This document shows positions 48,677-58,949 of a DNA stretch of 64,000 nt, piece after piece. The notes beneath the pieces were generated by a model that was given only the letters and a program-made list of their open reading frames with translations, did not search any database and was not told where the DNA came from. Positions within the stretch are counted from its first letter, which is position 1, and each line of letters starts with the position of its first letter. A program made the position numbers and the translations under genes. Source of the DNA: Candidatus Latescibacterota bacterium (GTDB lineage Bacteria; Latescibacterota; UBA2968; GCA-2709665); NCBI GenBank assembly GCA_965219995.1, contig CBDCOX010000002.1, positions 2,688,001 through 2,752,000 of the forward strand, given 5' to 3'.

Positions 48677-49738
48677 GTGGGCACGGGAACGTTCAAACTG
48701 TGGGCGGGAGGCGATGCGCACGTGGGCACGGACCTGGCGGCGGGGAATCGGCGCAGCCTGGCCGAGGCCATTCTTCAGGCCGAAAACGGCGGCGCCGGCG
48801 GCGGGCCTCCGTTCGAGTGGGACATTATGCTCGATATCGGGGACCTGTCCGGTTCGCAGACGCCGCCGGGCGACGAGGAAGGAGAGGAAGTTGTCCGGCA
48901 ATACAGCGTGTCGACCCACCATCCCCGGGAGGATTTCTACAATATCGTGGGCAACCACGACGCGAGCGGACCGGGCGAGCCGTGCCAGTGGTGGTTCCGG
49001 AAGTGGGTGGATCCAACCGGCGAAAACTCCGAACACTCCAACGTCCACGCCGGAAGGCGGCCGTATCCGATCGAGGGGACCTGGGAACGGTATTCGTTCG
49101 AGGTCGGGAATGTCCTGTTTCTCGCGATGGGAGACCGGAACGATGGCGGGCCCCCGGTGGGTCGGGCCGCCAGAGGCGGGTTTCCGGCCGGCGCGGTGAC
49201 GCGGGAGACGTTTGAGTGGTGGAAAGAGAAGGTAGAGGCGAACCGGGACAAGATCATCGTGACCGCGCACCACCACATGCTGCGGGACACGACGGTGGCG
49301 TCCGGACCCTGGGAGGGTGTGGACGGTGGATATCACGGCCGGTTCGAAGCGGGTGCTCCCGTTGGCGCGTCGTACCTCTATTTCGTCGGCGGGAAGCCGG
49401 ATGCGGGGGCATTCGAATCGTACCTCGAGGCCCATCCGGGCGCCATCGACCTCTGGCTGGGCGGGCATACGCATACGAATCCGGACGATACGCACGGCGG
49501 GCGGTCGCACGTGGAGCGGAAGTGGGGGGTAACCTTCGTCAATGTGGCGGCGATTTCGCGATATCACGGAAAGAAGAATATATCGATGAGCAGGCTGCTG
49601 ACGTTCCGGGAAGGTGCGCCGGAGGTCAACATCCGCTGCTACCTCCATATGGACGATTACGCGCCCCAGGGATGGCTCGACAGGGCAGAGAGGACGGCGC
49701 CGCTTCGCAATGCATTCTCATATCGACCGGCGGGTTGA
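48677..49738 (+). CDS. Calcineurin-like metallophosphoesterase
   Basis: DAH, GD, GNHD, HH, GHTH. Confidence 0.88.
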   Translation: MGTGTFKLWAGGDAHVGTDLAAGNRRSLAEAILQAENGGAGGGPPFEWDIMLDIGDLSGSQTPPGDEEGEEVVRQYSVSTHHPREDFYNIVGNHDASGPGEPCQWWFRKWVDPTGENSEHSNVHAGRRPYPIEGTWERYSFEVGNVLFLAMGDRNDGGPPVGRAARGGFPAGAVTRETFEWWKEKVEANRDKIIVTAHHHMLRDTTVASGPWEGVDGGYHGRFEAGAPVGASYLYFVGGKPDAGAFESYLEAHPGAIDLWLGGHTHTNPDDTHGGRSHVERKWGVTFVNVAAISRYHGKKNISMSRLLTFREGAPEVNIRCYLHMDDYAPQGWLDRAERTAPLRNAFSYRPAG

Positions 49739-49759
49739 AGACGGCGGACGGAGCGAGAG

Positions 49760-50728
49760 ATGAAGACATTCGAGATCGACGGACGGGACAAGCGGGGACC
49801 CATCCGGCTGAGGATAACGGTCGACAACCAGTTCGAAGGCGGGGGTCGCTGGCTTCGGGGCGGCCTGCATTCGCACGTGGCGCAGATGGGAGAGTCCCGT
49901 GAAGTTTGCGAGCACTACAGGAACCTGGGGTTCGATTTTCTTGCGACGACGGACTACCTCAGCATCACGCCGATGCCAGAGTCGTCTCCCGCTTTCACGC
50001 CCGTGCCCGGGGCGGAGATGTTCTGCCCCGAAGGGGACGATCTGACCCATATTATCTGCCTGGGCCTCCGGCATCTGCCCCGGCCGCTGGACGGGACGAT
50101 GGAAGACGTATCCCGCCTGGTTCGGGACACCGAGGCGCAGGGCGGCCTGGCGGTGATCGCCCACCCCGCCTGGAGCGACTATTCCTGGGAGAAAGCGTAT
50201 GCCCTGGCGAGGTCAGGGATCGTCGGGCTGGAGGTGAGCAACCGGCTGACGTGGCAGATCAACGGCAAGGAGCGTTCGGAGGAACTCTGGCAGATGCTCT
50301 TCAACGCGGGGGTCCGCCTGGCCGCGATCGGCGTTGACGATGCAATTGTGCTGGAGGACGCGGACGTGACGGGACAGACCTGGACCGGGGTACTCGTGCG
50401 GCGACCAGGCGTGGAAGGAATTCTCGAGGGCATTCGCGCGCAACGGACGTACGCCAGCGAGGGGCCGGAAATTCGCGACTTCCGCATCGAAACGGGGGGC
50501 ACGGTCGTCGTGGAATGCAGCCCGTGCACGGCGTGTCACCTCCGGTCCAAGGGGTTCGGAGTCCGCAGCATACAGTCGGCGACGCCTTCGACGCGGTTCG
50601 AGGTCGACCTGACCGTGGAAGGTTACCGCATGCGGGACTGGGTGTTCGCGTGTGTAGAGGACGAAACCGGGCGCCGGGCCTGGACCAGCGCCATACCCGT
50701 CCGCGTTGAGAAGACAACCCTTTATTGA
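49760..50728 (+). CDS. PHP-like (CehA/McbA-type) metallohydrolase
   Basis: GLHSH, ATTDY, PGAE, IAHP, LEVSN, GVDDA, YASEGP. Confidence 0.75.
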   Translation: MKTFEIDGRDKRGPIRLRITVDNQFEGGGRWLRGGLHSHVAQMGESREVCEHYRNLGFDFLATTDYLSITPMPESSPAFTPVPGAEMFCPEGDDLTHIICLGLRHLPRPLDGTMEDVSRLVRDTEAQGGLAVIAHPAWSDYSWEKAYALARSGIVGLEVSNRLTWQINGKERSEELWQMLFNAGVRLAAIGVDDAIVLEDADVTGQTWTGVLVRRPGVEGILEGIRAQRTYASEGPEIRDFRIETGGTVVVECSPCTACHLRSKGFGVRSIQSATPSTRFEVDLTVEGYRMRDWVFACVEDETGRRAWTSAIPVRVEKTTLY

Positions 50729-50741
50729 CGGAAAGGGAGAG

Positions 50742-52757
50742 ATGAAACGGACCATTCGACGGACGGCCATGCTGCACTTCGAGAACGCAAGTTATTCCCG
50801 GGACTACGTCAAGTGGGTCAGTGGGGAGGGGTTTACGGACATCGGACTGGGGCTGAAGCCTGAAGACGACAAGATGACAGGGCAGGGATACGTCTGGGAA
50901 AAGGTCTGCCGGCTGGCTGAGTGGGCCGAGGAATTCGATCTGGGCGTCATCGTGTTTACAGGATACATGAAATATCGTGAGACGTTTCTGCGGACTCACC
51001 CGGAACGCAGCCTGGTGTGCGTCGGGGGACGCGGCGCGGCCCTGGACAGCGACAACATTGTCAGGACCCGGTGGCTCTGTCCCTTCCAGCCTGAAAACAA
51101 GGCGGAATACATGGATATGATTCACAAGGTAATCGGGCTGCCGTCGGTTCGGGAAGTTCATCTCAACGATGAGGCCGAGATCGGGTTCTCGAACGGAGAC
51201 GTGGGCTGCTACTGCGACCACTGTGTCGCGGAATACGAACGCGATACCGGCGAACCGCCGCCCCGGGAGGTCGATTGGGCGTCCCCGGCGTGGTGGCGGT
51301 GGGTGCAGCACCGGATGGAAGCCTGGACCGGGGTACACGCGTACTTTCGCGCGGAAATCAAAGAGGTGCGCCCCGACGTCGTGGTGGGCATCCAGCATTC
51401 GCCGAAGGTCGTGACCTTTAACGAAAATCCCTGGCTGTCCGGCATCGATCTGTCCCGCGACGCGGAGGCCATGGACGTCCTGTGTACCGACCCGTACCAC
51501 CACATCCACTATTCCCATTTCACCTATCGTCCGATGCGCCGCATTCAGGCCGAGGCGACGCGCGCCCTGGCCGGAGCGACCGTCGGGCGTTCCCTGTTCA
51601 TCTATCCCCAGGGATTCATGCCGCCGTCGGGGAGCCTGGAATTGACGCGCCGGGACGGTTTCATGGCCGGGTCCGTCCCCTTTGCGCTGGGCGCGGATAA
51701 TATCTCGCCCTATACGTTCGAACTGTGTCAGATCATCCCAGGCTATTACGAAGGGCTGCAAGAGGCAAAGCGGCTGGTCCCGTATTTCGAGAAGACCCGG
51801 CCCTGCAGCGCCGCCACGCTGATCAAGCCTTCCCAGACGGAAATCTACGGGTACCCCGACCGGCGCTGGGGTCGCGATACCCTGGCCATATGGCCGGACG
51901 TGATGAACCAGGTCGGGCTGCCCTGGCGATGGGTCTTCGACGGTCGGCTTGCAGACGCCGGATGCGCGTTGAGCGGTCCGGTGATTCTGCCGGAGACCCA
52001 CTGCCTGACGCGGGAACAGCGCGCCGTGCTGGACGCGCACGCGAAGGGCGGCAACGGGCTGCTCCGGGTGGGGCGGACACCGGCCGGGGACTGGTCCGGC
52101 GAAGGCGCGTTGCCGCCGCCGTCCGGCGCGGAGGCGGGGCTTTCGGAGTTGAAGCCGGTCGTCTCCGATCACCCGCTGCTCGAGGGTATCGATGCGCCCA
52201 TCATGCTGGGATCGGCATTCCTGGAACCGGGCCTGGAAGGCGAGACGATTGCCGAAGTGGACGGGCGATCCGCTCTCATAGCGGTCGAGTCCGACGGGCA
52301 GCGTGAGGTCTGGCTGGCGGGAACGCCCCTTTATAATTACGTGGAACCCGGTGATCACGGAGCCGTTAAGACGCCCACGGGCGGGATGGCGCTGCTTCGG
52401 AACACGCTGTCCTGGCTGTCCGCGGAAGAGCCCGCGGCCAGGCTGTGGCCGTATCCTCCAAAAAACGATTACGGAGAGCTGCGTCCCTGGGACCGCCGGG
52501 ACGTGCCGACGATGGAACTGTTTCCGAGTCTGGGAGACGGGTGTCTCGTCTGTCTGGTTTTCAACTATCTCGGCCTGGCGTACGAAACCAACCTGGTGAT
52601 GCGTGTGCCCGGAGGCGCCGCCGCGACGACGCTGACGGATATTTTTTCCGGCGAGGACCTGATGTCCTGCGCGACGGTAGACGGACAGGTCGTAACGCTG
52701 CCGGTGTCCATGCCCGGGGACCGGGACTACCTGGCGGTGGAGCTGCAATGGGAATAA
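50742..52757 (+). CDS. GH42-like glycoside hydrolase (TIM barrel plus trimerisation-type domain)
   Basis: WLCP, LNDE, CYCDHC, TDPY, VILPET..L; no signal peptide. Confidence 0.6.
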   Translation: MKRTIRRTAMLHFENASYSRDYVKWVSGEGFTDIGLGLKPEDDKMTGQGYVWEKVCRLAEWAEEFDLGVIVFTGYMKYRETFLRTHPERSLVCVGGRGAALDSDNIVRTRWLCPFQPENKAEYMDMIHKVIGLPSVREVHLNDEAEIGFSNGDVGCYCDHCVAEYERDTGEPPPREVDWASPAWWRWVQHRMEAWTGVHAYFRAEIKEVRPDVVVGIQHSPKVVTFNENPWLSGIDLSRDAEAMDVLCTDPYHHIHYSHFTYRPMRRIQAEATRALAGATVGRSLFIYPQGFMPPSGSLELTRRDGFMAGSVPFALGADNISPYTFELCQIIPGYYEGLQEAKRLVPYFEKTRPCSAATLIKPSQTEIYGYPDRRWGRDTLAIWPDVMNQVGLPWRWVFDGRLADAGCALSGPVILPETHCLTREQRAVLDAHAKGGNGLLRVGRTPAGDWSGEGALPPPSGAEAGLSELKPVVSDHPLLEGIDAPIMLGSAFLEPGLEGETIAEVDGRSALIAVESDGQREVWLAGTPLYNYVEPGDHGAVKTPTGGMALLRNTLSWLSAEEPAARLWPYPPKNDYGELRPWDRRDVPTMELFPSLGDGCLVCLVFNYLGLAYETNLVMRVPGGAAATTLTDIFSGEDLMSCATVDGQVVTLPVSMPGDRDYLAVELQWE

Positions 52758-52787
52758 CGTGACGAGAAACGAGCATATTGAGAGGCG

Positions 52788-52934
52788 GTGAGACGTAAGA
52801 GGGTAGACGGTAGATGAAGACTTTTGCAGCAGTGTTTCTACATAAACCGTGCCTGCTAATTTACCGTTATCGTAACGACTGGAAAAACTATAGGGCACTG
52901 GTATCATCTCCCGTCTCCCGTCTAACGTCTACCC
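52788..52934. repeat. Inverted heptamer arrays flanking an AT-rich spacer
   Basis: GTGAGAC GTAAGAG GGTAGAC GGTAGAT ... TCTCCCG TCTCCCG TCTAACG TCTACCC; 52801-52814 vs 52921-52934 are a 13/14 inverted match. Confidence 0.65.
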
Positions 52935-52984
52935 GACTCTTGAAGGAGACTTAAAGTTTCTCCCCCAAAATCAAGGAGGGATCG

Positions 52985-53830
52985 ATGTCCGAACGAGCCG
53001 ACGCGCATATTCACCTGTTCGAGGGAGGATACCAGGATTCCTTGATGAAGCGATTTGGCAGGCCCGTCGACGAAGCCGTTGTGTACGCCTCGCTGGCGAA
53101 AGACCACGGGGTAAAGGCCGCTCTGATCGTCGGGTACGCGGACGTTCCGTGGGCCCTGGAAAACACCCGGTATCTGACACAAATGGTGAAACAATACGAA
53201 TGGGTCCATCCCGCGGCCTATTTCGATGCGTCGGAGCCCCCGACGACGGAGGAATTGACGCGATTGCAGGCAGACGGATTCGTAGGTGTGAGCTTCTATA
53301 TATTCGGACAGGAACGCGTGGACGCGCTCCTGGGCATATCGGACGAGGTCTGGAATTGGCTGGTATCGAAGCGCTGGCTCATTAGCGTCAATTCAAAGGA
53401 CGACGACTGGAACGCCTGGCAGGAGGTCCTCACGCGCCATCCGGAGTTGCGCCTCGTCGTCTCCCACCTGGGCCTGCCCCCGAGACAGGCGGAAGCGCCC
53501 GACGCCGCCGGTGCGAGAGAGGCCCTGGCCAGCGTGTTGGCACTGTCCCGCTATCCCCAGTCGCGGGTCAAGCTGAGCGGCTTCTACGCGCTGACCGATC
53601 CGGGCCACGACTATCCGCACCGCGCGGCCTGGCCCTACGTGGAGGCGCTGCTGGATGCCTATGGAGTCGAACGTCTGCTCTGGGCGTCGGACTATTCACC
53701 CTGCCTCGACTGGCTGACGTTCCCGCAGACGTACGACCTGTTTTCAAAAATGCCTTTCCTGAACGACGCGGACCGGGAACGGATCGAGGGCGCCAATCTT
53801 CTGGCATTGCTGGACGAGGTCGAAAGGTGA
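52985..53830 (+). CDS. Amidohydrolase_2 family protein (sugar-lactonase-like)
   Basis: DAHIH, SHLGLP, VKLSG, RLLWASDY. Confidence 0.85.
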   Translation: MSERADAHIHLFEGGYQDSLMKRFGRPVDEAVVYASLAKDHGVKAALIVGYADVPWALENTRYLTQMVKQYEWVHPAAYFDASEPPTTEELTRLQADGFVGVSFYIFGQERVDALLGISDEVWNWLVSKRWLISVNSKDDDWNAWQEVLTRHPELRLVVSHLGLPPRQAEAPDAAGAREALASVLALSRYPQSRVKLSGFYALTDPGHDYPHRAAWPYVEALLDAYGVERLLWASDYSPCLDWLTFPQTYDLFSKMPFLNDADRERIEGANLLALLDEVER

Positions 53831-53903
53831 CGCGGGTGTCGACACGGGAAGAATCACGGCGGGACCGTTGCCGGACCGCGCGACCCGCCTGGGAGGAATT
53901 GTG

Positions 53904-54896
53904 ATGGAAAAACTGGGCGTCGGGATCGTGGGGATCGGACACGCGGGACGGGAACATTTCAAGGCGTTTGACGAGAATCCCCATGCCGAGGTGCGCGCGG
54001 CCTGGGCGCCCAGCGTTCGCAGGCTGGACCTCTTTCCGGGCGCCATGGACCTGTTTGCCCCGACCTTCGAGTCGATGCTGGAACGTGGCGATATCGACAT
54101 CGTTTCCCTGTGCAGCCCCAACTACGCGCACGCGGATCAGGCGGTTGCCGCGCTGGACGCAGACAAGCACGTGATCTGCGAGAAACCGCTGGCGACCACC
54201 CTGGAAGACTGCGAGCGGATCGTGCGGACGGCCGACGCGAAACCTTCGTTGAAATTCATGGTCGGGCAGAGCGCGCGGTTCAATCCCATCTGCAAGACAA
54301 TCAAGCGCATGTACGACGAAGGAGAACTGGGAGAAGCCTTCTACGCCGAGGCGGACTACCTGCACAACATCGGGAAACGGATCAAGGACTGGTGGATCGA
54401 CGACCGGAATCCGCACTTCGGACTGATGGGCGGCGGCGTCCATCCCATCGATCTCCTGCGGTGGATCGTGGGCGATATCGAGGAGGTGTTCGCGATTTCG
54501 AACCATAAGGTGCTCGCGGAATTCCCCCACGACGATGCCTACCTGATGAATTTCAGGTTCGAGAACGGTTGCATGGGCAAGATGGCCGCGTTTCTCGGAT
54601 GCCAGCGTCCGTACGAACTGAACCTTGCCATTTACGGAACCAGGGGAACGGCCATCAACGACAGGCTGTATCTCAGCAAGATCGAAGAGTTGGAGGATTT
54701 TATCCGGCTGCCGATCACGATTCTTGCGGAACACCCCACGTTCGCCGAGGAAATGGCGCATTTCGTGGATTGCATCCTGAACGATAAAACACCCATGATC
54801 GACGTGCGGGATGGCGCGAAATCCGCTGCCACGTGCATCGCGGGCGCGGCCTCCATCGAAACCGGCAAACCCGTCCACGTAAGGAATAGGTTTTAA
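53904..54896 (+). CDS. Gfo/Idh/MocA family oxidoreductase
   Basis: GIVGIG, CEKPLA, GQSARF, GGVHPID. Confidence 0.92.
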   Translation: MEKLGVGIVGIGHAGREHFKAFDENPHAEVRAAWAPSVRRLDLFPGAMDLFAPTFESMLERGDIDIVSLCSPNYAHADQAVAALDADKHVICEKPLATTLEDCERIVRTADAKPSLKFMVGQSARFNPICKTIKRMYDEGELGEAFYAEADYLHNIGKRIKDWWIDDRNPHFGLMGGGVHPIDLLRWIVGDIEEVFAISNHKVLAEFPHDDAYLMNFRFENGCMGKMAAFLGCQRPYELNLAIYGTRGTAINDRLYLSKIEELEDFIRLPITILAEHPTFAEEMAHFVDCILNDKTPMIDVRDGAKSAATCIAGAASIETGKPVHVRNRF

Positions 54897-56449
54897 CCTC
54901 AATGCGAAAATAATGTTGATGAAATTCGGAGCATTGAAGACCAGGCGAAAACACGAATAAGTCTATATTTATCAATAGGAAAAGGCCTTCCATTTTGGTA
55001 TATTGGGAAGCGACGAAACCCCCAATTCACCCAAAACGAAAGGCCACGTACAGTGAGACGAAAGAAAGCGGATTTGCACGCGCGTGTCAACGACGATTTG
55101 AAGATGGAATTCACGGGTGAAGGCCTCACCTCGTATGCGGGTTTGGAGTTGTTGATGCGCTATTTGCGAACCATCGATTGGAACAGGCAATTGCGCCGTC
55201 ACCTGGGCAGTGCGTGCTTTGGCGGCGACTTCGGTGTGGTGAGCCTTTCCCGTGTTCTGTTGGGTTTGCTGTGGATAGGCGGCCGTCGGTTGCGGCATCT
55301 GGATTTCTTGAAAGGAGATCCCCTGCTGCAGCGGTTCTGCGGTCTGAAGGATCTACCGACCCCCCGCAGCATGAGCCTGTTTCTGAGACGGTTTACCGAC
55401 AAGGGTCTCGACGCCCTGAAAGCCCTCAACGCCGCCGTGGTTGCTCATAAGATCAAGTTGTTGCGCGCACGAAAATTGACGATCGACGTGGACGGCACCG
55501 TCTTGTGCACGGGCAAACGCGTCGGCGGCGCCCACCGCGGGTATAATCCGCATCATCGCAAAGTCCCCAGTTACTATCCGATTACCGCCTACCTGGCCGA
55601 CAGCGGTCATTTTCTCCGCGCGCACAACCGGCCCGGCAACATCAACGATGGCAGCGCCTCCATCGGGTTTCTAAAAGATGTGTTCTCTCAGATCAAAGAA
55701 AGCCTGGGGCACGCCTACACCCTGCGATTCCGCATGGATGGCGACTTTTTCAAAGAGGATGTGGTGAACACGCTTATCAAGAACAAGGCCTCGTATGCCA
55801 TCAAGGTGCCCTTCTGGAAAGGCCTGGACTTACAGCACAAAATCCGTCAATGCAGCAACTGGCAGCGCATCGAGAAAGGCGTCGACGGCTTTCCGTCAAC
55901 GCTGACGGTCAAAAAATGGGAACGCACCCTCAACATCGCCATCTTTCGAAAACGCGTCTTCCATAAAACCCGCAAGAACTACCAGTTGGACCTGTTCGAT
56001 CCCGATGACGGCACCTTCGAATACTCCGCGGTGGCCACCAATCTACCCTTCAAGTTGCGCGCGCTCTGGCGCTTCATGGCAGGACGCGGCATGCACGAAA
56101 AAGCCATCGGCGAACTCAAGACCGGTCTCAGCTTCGATACCATCCCCACACACAATTACGACGCCAATAGTGCCTGGCAACAGTTCGTCATTCTCGCGCA
56201 CAACCTCCTGGTCAACTTCCAAATTGAAACCGGACTGACAAAACGCAATCGCACCTTGAAAAATACCAACCGATGGCCCCTCAAATCCATACGCACCCTC
56301 CGGTTCGAGATCATCAACCGCGCCGGACACCTTATCCGACCCGAAGGGCGGCTTACCCTGCGTCTCCAACGCAACAAGCACACCGAAAAACAATACCGCA
56401 AAATCTGCAACGCACTACAGAATGCAGCCTGATTTATTTCACATTGAGG
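54897..56449 (+). mobile_element. Complete IS1380-family insertion sequence (1553 bp)
   Basis: IRL CCTCAATGCGAAAATAA; IRR (reverse complement) CCTCAATGTGAAATAA; TTAA direct repeat at 54893-54896 and 56450-56453; lower GC than flanks. Confidence 0.92.
55053..56432 (+). CDS. IS1380-family DDE transposase
   Basis: LTSYAGL, IDVDGT, YNPHH, SYYP, RPGN, RMDGDFF, RG.HE..IGELK, AN.AW, AHNL. Confidence 0.93.
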   Translation: MRRKKADLHARVNDDLKMEFTGEGLTSYAGLELLMRYLRTIDWNRQLRRHLGSACFGGDFGVVSLSRVLLGLLWIGGRRLRHLDFLKGDPLLQRFCGLKDLPTPRSMSLFLRRFTDKGLDALKALNAAVVAHKIKLLRARKLTIDVDGTVLCTGKRVGGAHRGYNPHHRKVPSYYPITAYLADSGHFLRAHNRPGNINDGSASIGFLKDVFSQIKESLGHAYTLRFRMDGDFFKEDVVNTLIKNKASYAIKVPFWKGLDLQHKIRQCSNWQRIEKGVDGFPSTLTVKKWERTLNIAIFRKRVFHKTRKNYQLDLFDPDDGTFEYSAVATNLPFKLRALWRFMAGRGMHEKAIGELKTGLSFDTIPTHNYDANSAWQQFVILAHNLLVNFQIETGLTKRNRTLKNTNRWPLKSIRTLRFEIINRAGHLIRPEGRLTLRLQRNKHTEKQYRKICNALQNAA

Positions 56450-56474
56450 TTAAATTCACTGCATCTATCGTGAA

Positions 56475-56508
56475 TTATACACGAAAACCCCTGGTTTTGG
56501 TGTATAAC
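56475..56508. other. AT-rich hairpin/palindrome just right of the IS
   Basis: TTATACAC-G-AAAACC CCT GGTTTT-G-GTGTATAA. Confidence 0.6.
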
Positions 56509-56572
56509 GGGTTGTTTTTCAATAAATTCAGCGAAGTATTGTGCGACAGCACTTCATGAATTTCGAAATTGA

Positions 56573-56690
56573 TTGGTCAGGGTGATGATTCGTAGCCCAC
56601 GGAGGCAAGGATCCATTGGTTTGGCCCGGAATCGTGAGCATTTATCCCGCTCCTGGTCTTTATCCTGTTCATCCTGTCCATCCATGTAAC
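56573..56690. repeat. Dispersed intergenic element, copy B, ending in ATCCTGT units
   Basis: Ungapped similarity to 9585-9680 at a constant offset of 46988. Confidence 0.65.
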
Positions 56691-56716
56691 TTCATGTCTA
56701 TTGAATTATTCAGGCG

Positions 56717-57526
56717 ATGGAGAATCCGATGAAGCTATCCCTGTCCGGCAGGCTGATTGAAATGACGAAACAGTCCTACGCGATGACGGTGGAAGAATTC
56801 CTGCAGCTGACGGTCAGGGCTGGTTATCAGGGAGTGCACCTGCGGGACGGGCAGATCGATCATCTCATGCGGGAAGAACGCTTCGACGAGTTGGAAGCAC
56901 TCTATACGGACCACGGGCTGGGCTGCAGCATGCTCTGGGGACGGCTTGATTCCGCATCGTTCGACGCGGATCTGACAAAGAAGAAGCTGGCCTTTCTGCC
57001 GAGGGTCGGCCTGGATCAGCTGATGATCGGGTATCCCACGGATATCGAATTGATCCGTGAATGGTGCGACCTGGCCGCGCGGCAGGAAATCTCGCTGGTC
57101 ATCGCCTGTCATTTCAACAGCATGTTCGAGGATATCCTGCGCGCCCGCGACTTCATCAGGCGGGTCGACCGCCCGAACCTCGGGCTCAACGTGGATCCGT
57201 TGAATATCCACATGGCCGAGCAGGACTACGGCCTGGCCACCCTGGAACAGGTGAAGAACCTGTTGCGCATCGTCAACGTACAGGGCGGTGTGCTGCACCA
57301 GGGCGACCAGACCATCCACAGGTACTATAGAAAGACCACGCCGACGTTCCGCAGAGTGTACCTGTACGAAGAGGACCATCTCGACATACCTCAATTCGTA
57401 TCGAATCTGAAAACCATCGGATATGAAGGTTACGTGAACGTCCTCGAGCCGTATTCGAAGGACCATGACCTTGCGCGAGTCGCGGCCGACACGGCCGGTC
57501 TTCTGCAAGCATACATCGACGGTTGA
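56717..57526 (+). CDS. Sugar-phosphate isomerase/epimerase family (xylose isomerase-like TIM barrel)
   Basis: AGYQGV.L, VDRPNLGLNVDP.N, L..IGYEGYVNVLE. Confidence 0.8.
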   Translation: MENPMKLSLSGRLIEMTKQSYAMTVEEFLQLTVRAGYQGVHLRDGQIDHLMREERFDELEALYTDHGLGCSMLWGRLDSASFDADLTKKKLAFLPRVGLDQLMIGYPTDIELIREWCDLAARQEISLVIACHFNSMFEDILRARDFIRRVDRPNLGLNVDPLNIHMAEQDYGLATLEQVKNLLRIVNVQGGVLHQGDQTIHRYYRKTTPTFRRVYLYEEDHLDIPQFVSNLKTIGYEGYVNVLEPYSKDHDLARVAADTAGLLQAYIDG

Positions 57527-57896
57527 CGATTTGCGGTGCCAACCGGCCTTCGTCAATGAAGCATACTGCGACGCGAACTGTCCGACGCGCAGACACGAAA
57601 AAGCACTTGAACTTTCAACAGTTCGTGACAGGACCACAACAATTCCGTAACGCCAATTTACTTTACTTTAACTTGCACGGACGTCCCGCAGAAAACTGGG
57701 GGCAATTGGAAAAAGGACTGTTCCCGTACCGGCGATGCAGGAAGCCCCAGCGGCTTGTCGCTTCATATCCCGGCAAGTCGCCAATCGACTCCTGATTCCT
57801 GTATACGAATCGGGTTGGCACGCTCCGTAGATTTTCTTGCAAACCTGGCTGAAAAACACTTGACAAAGCTAATATGGAATATTAATTGCTACCATT

Positions 57897-58703
57897 ATGA
57901 TAGAAATGCGCCGAGACGTGAACACGGACCAGTTGAAACCGGTCTCCAGGGAACGGCTGGCAGACCAGGTCGTCACCATTCTCAAACGGTTCATTTTTGT
58001 TGAAAAGTTGAAGAGTGGCGACAAACTGCCGCCCGAACGGACACTGGCGGCAAATCTCGGTGTCAGCTACCGGGTGATCCGCGAGGCGCTTTCGGCACTT
58101 GTGGTTGAAGGCATCGTAGTCAGGCAGCAGGGGCGCGGCACCTTTGTCAGATCTACCATCGGCGAGAGTCCGGCAAACGGCCATCTGGATTTTTTCCCAT
58201 CTGTTCCAAACCGCGCCGACATTTATGCGCTGCGAGTTTCAATAGAGACGGCGGCCGTTGCATTCGCGGCTGAAAATGCCACGGATGAAGATCTGGCGGA
58301 ATTGAAAGCGATTGCCGACTTCAAAGAGCGTGACTTCGACCAGGGGATGATGGCGTACGAAATCCGCTTTCATCGCGCCCTGTTGCGGGCAACGCATAAC
58401 CCGACGCTGCAGCGATTCGCGGATATCGTTACCGAGGCGTTGCGTCTCAAGGCGTACGATATAGATATCCCCATTTTCGGCGAACGCCTCCGGAATCGAG
58501 ACTTCGGGAGGATTGCGATCTCCGAACATCGGAACCTGGTCGACGCTTTATGCGAACGGGACGGCGCGAAGGCAACCGCAATTATGTACAAGCAGATGGC
58601 CAGCGTCCGCGCCTTGACGCGGGGTCTTGCGGGTAGTGACGACGGAAGCAAACATGTCTATAACGGGGCGCCATCGCGTTCACACGACTACGTTGCGCGT
58701 TGA
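57897..58703 (+). CDS. GntR/FadR family transcriptional regulator (FCD)
   Basis: GDKLPPER.LA..LGVS...IREAL..L, QGRGTFV, FH..L..AT.N, EH; start uncertain. Confidence 0.92.
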   Translation: MIEMRRDVNTDQLKPVSRERLADQVVTILKRFIFVEKLKSGDKLPPERTLAANLGVSYRVIREALSALVVEGIVVRQQGRGTFVRSTIGESPANGHLDFFPSVPNRADIYALRVSIETAAVAFAAENATDEDLAELKAIADFKERDFDQGMMAYEIRFHRALLRATHNPTLQRFADIVTEALRLKAYDIDIPIFGERLRNRDFGRIAISEHRNLVDALCERDGAKATAIMYKQMASVRALTRGLAGSDDGSKHVYNGAPSRSHDYVAR

Positions 58704-58949
58704 GTGATATACGGGACCAGAAAAATTACATCCGCCTGCCCTGACTGTATTTTTTCCTGTCAGGCAGTCCTGGATAATCGTGAATGCGGTTCTGATCGAT
58801 ATTTCCCGATTTACCTCTTACTCCACCAATTACGCATACACGACGGACAAAGGAGGTGATGGTTCGACAGGATTCCCATTATGTTTGTCATGAGGCACCG
58901 GGGTGTCCGGATGTCGCACCAGGCATCGGAATTATCAAGGAGGTTGTAT

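Noticed and set aside
57527-57896. 370-bp intergenic region with short ORFs and TTGACA at 57860
   Set aside because: No recognisable protein or RNA motif; the -10 element is ambiguous, so no promoter was called
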